From assembly GCF_000186885.1 (NCBI RefSeq), contig NC_014972.1, positions 2,100,001 to 2,132,000 of the forward strand: a stretch of 32,000 bases of DNA. The letters are read 5' to 3'. Positions 29,022-32,000 of the stretch are shown here, one piece after another. This stretch comes from Desulfobulbus propionicus DSM 2032. GTDB lineage: Bacteria > Desulfobacterota > Desulfobulbia > Desulfobulbales > Desulfobulbaceae. Each line of letters begins with the position of its first letter. Positions within the stretch are counted from its first letter, which is position 1. The position numbers were made by a program, and so were the translations under genes. Below the pieces are notes generated by a model. It saw only the letters and a list, made by a program, of their open reading frames with translations. It had not been told where the DNA came from and searched no databases.

Positions 29022-31382
29022 TTACCGCCCGGCACCGAGGTTGGCGGAAGCTGGTATTTCGGCACCAACCATTTGCCGGTGCGCCCGTCGTGCCGTGCCC
29101 AGATACTTCAGCACCAGGACCACACCAGCAAAGGCTCCCAGATCGGTGCCGATGATCAGCAGGGAATACCCCGGATGGGCAGTGAAATTCACCGCCTGGT
29201 AAAAAAGGGTCGAGGCCAGATAGGCGAGAAAGGTGGTCCAGAATCCGGCAAAGGCGGTCCAGGCCAGGTGAGTTTCCCGATACACGGCGGCAATGGCCGC
29301 ACTGCAGGGAAAGTAAAGCAGAATGAACAGCAGGTAGCTAAAGGCCGCGCTCTGACTGCCGAACAGTGTGACCATGGAGCCGAAGGTGGCGACGCTGACC
29401 TCCTGTTCCTCGGCGGCGGTGGCGGCATCGCTGAGGTCGCCCACCGAAATGCCTAACGGATCGGTCAGGGTATCGACCACGCCGAGCAGGTTTTCCGGAA
29501 TGGTGGCAAAAGCACCGCCGATCCCTCCCCAGAAATCGAAGGCTTCATCAGACGCCTCCTCTCCTTTAACAGCTTGGCGGTCGATCCCTGCATACAGGGC
29601 ATCCAGGGTACCAACCACCGCCTCCTTGGCAAAAATGCCGGTGAAAATACCGACCATGGCCGGCCAGTTTTCCTCGCTCACGCCCAAGGGTTTGAGCGCC
29701 GGGGTAATCACCTTGCTCACCCTGGCCAGGGTCGATTGTTCGGTATCCTCGTTGCCGAAACTGCCGTCGGTGCCCAGGGAATTGAGGAAGGAAAGCACCA
29801 TGATCACTGGAATCAGGACCTTGCCCGCCTTGAAGAGAAAGGTGGTCAGACGATCATAGGCCCTGAGCAGTACCGAGCGGACCGTGGGCAGGTGGTAGGG
29901 CGGCATCTCCATGACAAAGGGCGTCACCTCACCCCTGAGCAGGGTGTTTTTGAGGACCAGACCGGTGAGCACCGCACAACCGATACCCACCAAATACAGG
30001 AGAAACACCAGGTTCTGGCCGCCTGCCGGGAAAAAGGCGGCGGCAAACAGAGCGTAGACCGGCAGCCGCGCCCCGCAGGACATGAAGGGATTCATCATCA
30101 CGGTCAGGGTGCGGTCCCGTTCGTTTTCCAAGGTCCGGGTGGCCATGATGGCCGGCACGTTGCAGCCAAACCCGACCAGCATGGGGACAAAGGCCTTGCC
30201 CGGCAACCCGATGAAGCGCATGAACCGGTCCATGACAAAGGCGGCCCGCGCCATGTAGCCCGAATCCTCGAGAAAGGAGAGGCAGAGGAACATGAAACCG
30301 ATCGGCGGGATGAAGGTGGCCATGGTCTGAACCCCACCGCCGACGCCCGTGGCCAGGATGGCGATCAGCCACTCCGGCGCGTGCCAATGGGTCAGCAACT
30401 CGGCAAAGCCGTCGACAAAGAGGGTTCCGGCCAGCTGATCGAAAAAGTCGATGAAAGCCCCGCCGAGATTGATGGTGAACATGAACATCAGGTACATGGC
30501 GCCCAGGAAGATCGGAATGCCGAACACGCGACTGAGCACCACCCGGTCGATCCGATCGGACAGGGTGGCGGTGAGTTGGCCGCCTTTTCTGACCAGATCC
30601 TGGACCAGCCAGGAAACAAAGCCGTAGCGGCCCGAAGCGATGACGATGTCGATTTCCTCATCCTCCTGCCGTTCTATGGCTCTTCGCGTCTCGGCGATCA
30701 TTTCCGTGAGCACCGCCCCCAGGGTCAGGTGTTCGACCGGTTGCTCATCCCCTTCCAGCAGTTTCAATGCCAGCCAATGCGGATCGATCTTTCTGACCGC
30801 GCACAGATCCTGAAGATTCGCGGCCAACCGTTCGCGGGCCTCCTGCACGGCAGCCGGATACACCACCTGGGCAGCCGGCTTGGTCCCATTGGCGACCGTT
30901 TCGAAGATAGCCGCCTTGAGCTGGTCGATGCCCGCATCCTTCGAGGCGGTTAACGGCACCACCGGACAGCCGAGCCGCTGGGCCAAGCCCTGGATATCGA
31001 TTTCCAGCTTGCGCTCCGCCACCATGTCCATCATGTTGAGGGCAATCAGCATCGGTACCCGCATATCCAGCAACTGGCAGGTCAGGTATAGATTGCGCTC
31101 GATATTGGAGGCATCAACGATATTGACGATCAGATCGGCCTCGCGGGAGAGAATGAAATTGCGCGTGACCTTCTCATCCAAGGAGGAAGCGGCAAGCGAA
31201 TAGATGCCCGGGGTGTCGATGACCTCCACCCGGCAGTGCCCGTACCGGTAGGAACCGGATTTGCGATCCACGGTCACCCCTGGCCAGTTGCCGACCCGCT
31301 GCTTGGCGCCGGTCAGACAGTTGAACAAGGTTGTTTTACCGCAATTGGGATTACCCACTACACCGATGACCATCTCGTTCAT
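29022..31382 (-). CDS. feoB: Ferrous iron transport protein B
   Basis: Start refined from 31628 to the ATG at 31382 (MNEMVIGVVGNPNCGKTTLFNCLTGAKQRVGNWPGVTVDRKSG). G-protein motifs GNPNCGKTT, DTPG, NMMD. Membrane domain with SCGARLPVYALF, GCNVPAIMATRTLE and AKEAVVGTLD. Confidence 0.97.
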   Translation of the reverse strand: MNEMVIGVVGNPNCGKTTLFNCLTGAKQRVGNWPGVTVDRKSGSYRYGHCRVEVIDTPGIYSLAASSLDEKVTRNFILSREADLIVNIVDASNIERNLYLTCQLLDMRVPMLIALNMMDMVAERKLEIDIQGLAQRLGCPVVPLTASKDAGIDQLKAAIFETVANGTKPAAQVVYPAAVQEARERLAANLQDLCAVRKIDPHWLALKLLEGDEQPVEHLTLGAVLTEMIAETRRAIERQEDEEIDIVIASGRYGFVSWLVQDLVRKGGQLTATLSDRIDRVVLSRVFGIPIFLGAMYLMFMFTINLGGAFIDFFDQLAGTLFVDGFAELLTHWHAPEWLIAILATGVGGGVQTMATFIPPIGFMFLCLSFLEDSGYMARAAFVMDRFMRFIGLPGKAFVPMLVGFGCNVPAIMATRTLENERDRTLTVMMNPFMSCGARLPVYALFAAAFFPAGGQNLVFLLYLVGIGCAVLTGLVLKNTLLRGEVTPFVMEMPPYHLPTVRSVLLRAYDRLTTFLFKAGKVLIPVIMVLSFLNSLGTDGSFGNEDTEQSTLARVSKVITPALKPLGVSEENWPAMVGIFTGIFAKEAVVGTLDALYAGIDRQAVKGEEASDEAFDFWGGIGGAFATIPENLLGVVDTLTDPLGISVGDLSDAATAAEEQEVSVATFGSMVTLFGSQSAAFSYLLFILLYFPCSAAIAAVYRETHLAWTAFAGFWTTFLAYLASTLFYQAVNFTAHPGYSLLIIGTDLGAFAGVVLVLKYLGTARRAHRQMVGAEIPASANLGAGR

Positions 31383-31618
31383 GGCGTGGCCCTCCTCACC
31401 CGCAGCGACCTCGCCTCGTCCTTGCGCAGACTGAGATTGAAATCCCGCACTCTGATCTCCATCGGGTCGCCCATGGGCGCCACCCGGGCAACAACAAATT
31501 CGATTCCCTTGATCAACCCCATGGCCAGGAGCTTCTGCCGATACGCCTGCGCGCCCTTGACAAAGCCAAGCACGGTCCCTTTCTCCCCCACGGAAATATC
31601 CGCCAATGTCTGTTCCAT
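31379..31618 (-). CDS. feoA: FeoA-domain ferrous iron transport protein
   Basis: LADISVGEKGTVLGFVKGAQAYRQKLLAMGLIKGIEFVVARVAPMGDPMEIRVRDFNLSLRKDEARSLRV. Stop overlaps the feoB start (ATGA). Confidence 0.93.
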   Translation of the reverse strand: MEQTLADISVGEKGTVLGFVKGAQAYRQKLLAMGLIKGIEFVVARVAPMGDPMEIRVRDFNLSLRKDEARSLRVRRATP

Positions 31619-31621
31619 CTG

Positions 31622-31894
31622 TTAACACCTGATTACGTTGATTTTATGGGCCATGCCGCCGCCTAGGGCATATCGCGTCCCCGACTTTTCAATCAGCACG
31701 GCGCCGCCATTTTGTTTTTGCACCACCATCAATTCATCGTTCAACTGGATGCCCATGCTCAGCAAACGCTCGCGCATCAGTGTTCCGCTGCGAAAAAACA
31801 CGATTCTCACCTTTTCCCCCTCGCTGGCAATGGCCAAAGGAAACGACGGGATTGGCGCGCCTCCGGCGTTGGCCAACAAGCATCCATTTCGCAT
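31622..31894 (-). CDS. Second FeoA-domain protein
   Basis: PLAIASEGEKVRIVFFRSGTLMRERLLSMGIQLNDELMVVQKQNGGAVLIEKSGTRYALGGGMAHKINV is a complete FeoA/SH3-like domain with a short N-terminal extension. Confidence 0.88.
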   Translation of the reverse strand: MRNGCLLANAGGAPIPSFPLAIASEGEKVRIVFFRSGTLMRERLLSMGIQLNDELMVVQKQNGGAVLIEKSGTRYALGGGMAHKINVIRC

Positions 31895-32000
31895 TGCTCA
31901 TCCTCCTTGACCGCTACCGCCCCCTCCGTCTCACAACGAACCCGCGTTCGAGCACGCGGGACGGACAGCAGTACGACTGTTCTTGAATATTTAGCCAAAA

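Noticed and set aside
29574-30953. 459-aa ORF on + antisense to feoB
   Set aside because: Contained within an intact feoB; Gln/His/Arg-rich composition without domain.
31382-31628. 82-residue N-terminal extension of the FeoB ORF in the track
   Set aside because: The extension overlaps feoA out of frame and is low-complexity; the FeoB G-domain starts at MNEMVIGVVGNPNCGKTT (31382).

Overview
This window looks like a mostly ordinary chromosomal segment of a Gram-negative, flagellated bacterium. Gene content suggests Desulfobacterota/Desulfobulbales-like, which is inference only. From left to right: (i) a housekeeping block on + (C-terminus of a DUF2232-like membrane protein, rplI, dnaB, leuS, lptE-like lipoprotein, dus); (ii) a block on - with a Sel1-repeat protein and an orphan CbbO/NorD plus CbbQ/NorQ pair (vWA protein and MoxR-type AAA+ ATPase); (iii) on +, a PHP-domain phosphoesterase and an NtrC-type sigma54 regulator whose GAFTGA loop reads GAFTDA; (iv) an accessory stretch (about 13.22-15.32 kb) with an AT-rich FkbM-family methyltransferase, a second SAM methyltransferase and an exact 20-bp tandem duplication resembling a mobile-element scar; (v) on -, pldA, two overlapping small ORFs and folD; (vi) a flagellar group (flgL, flgK, flgN-like, flgE, fliD) interrupted by an OmpR-type regulator with a degenerate receiver domain; (vii) an alginate-export-like outer-membrane barrel, a stand-alone HD-GYP protein, an LbtU-like porin and a feoA-feoA-feoB-feoC-like iron uptake cluster. 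I find no CRISPR array, rRNA, tRNA or complete transposon, and nothing I can defend as a wholly new defence or biosynthetic system. The best leads are the orphan CbbQO module, the non-canonical regulators, the accessory methyltransferase island and the iron/outer-membrane cluster. Coordinates follow the supplied ORF track, with start codons refined where the N-terminus was clearly over-extended.
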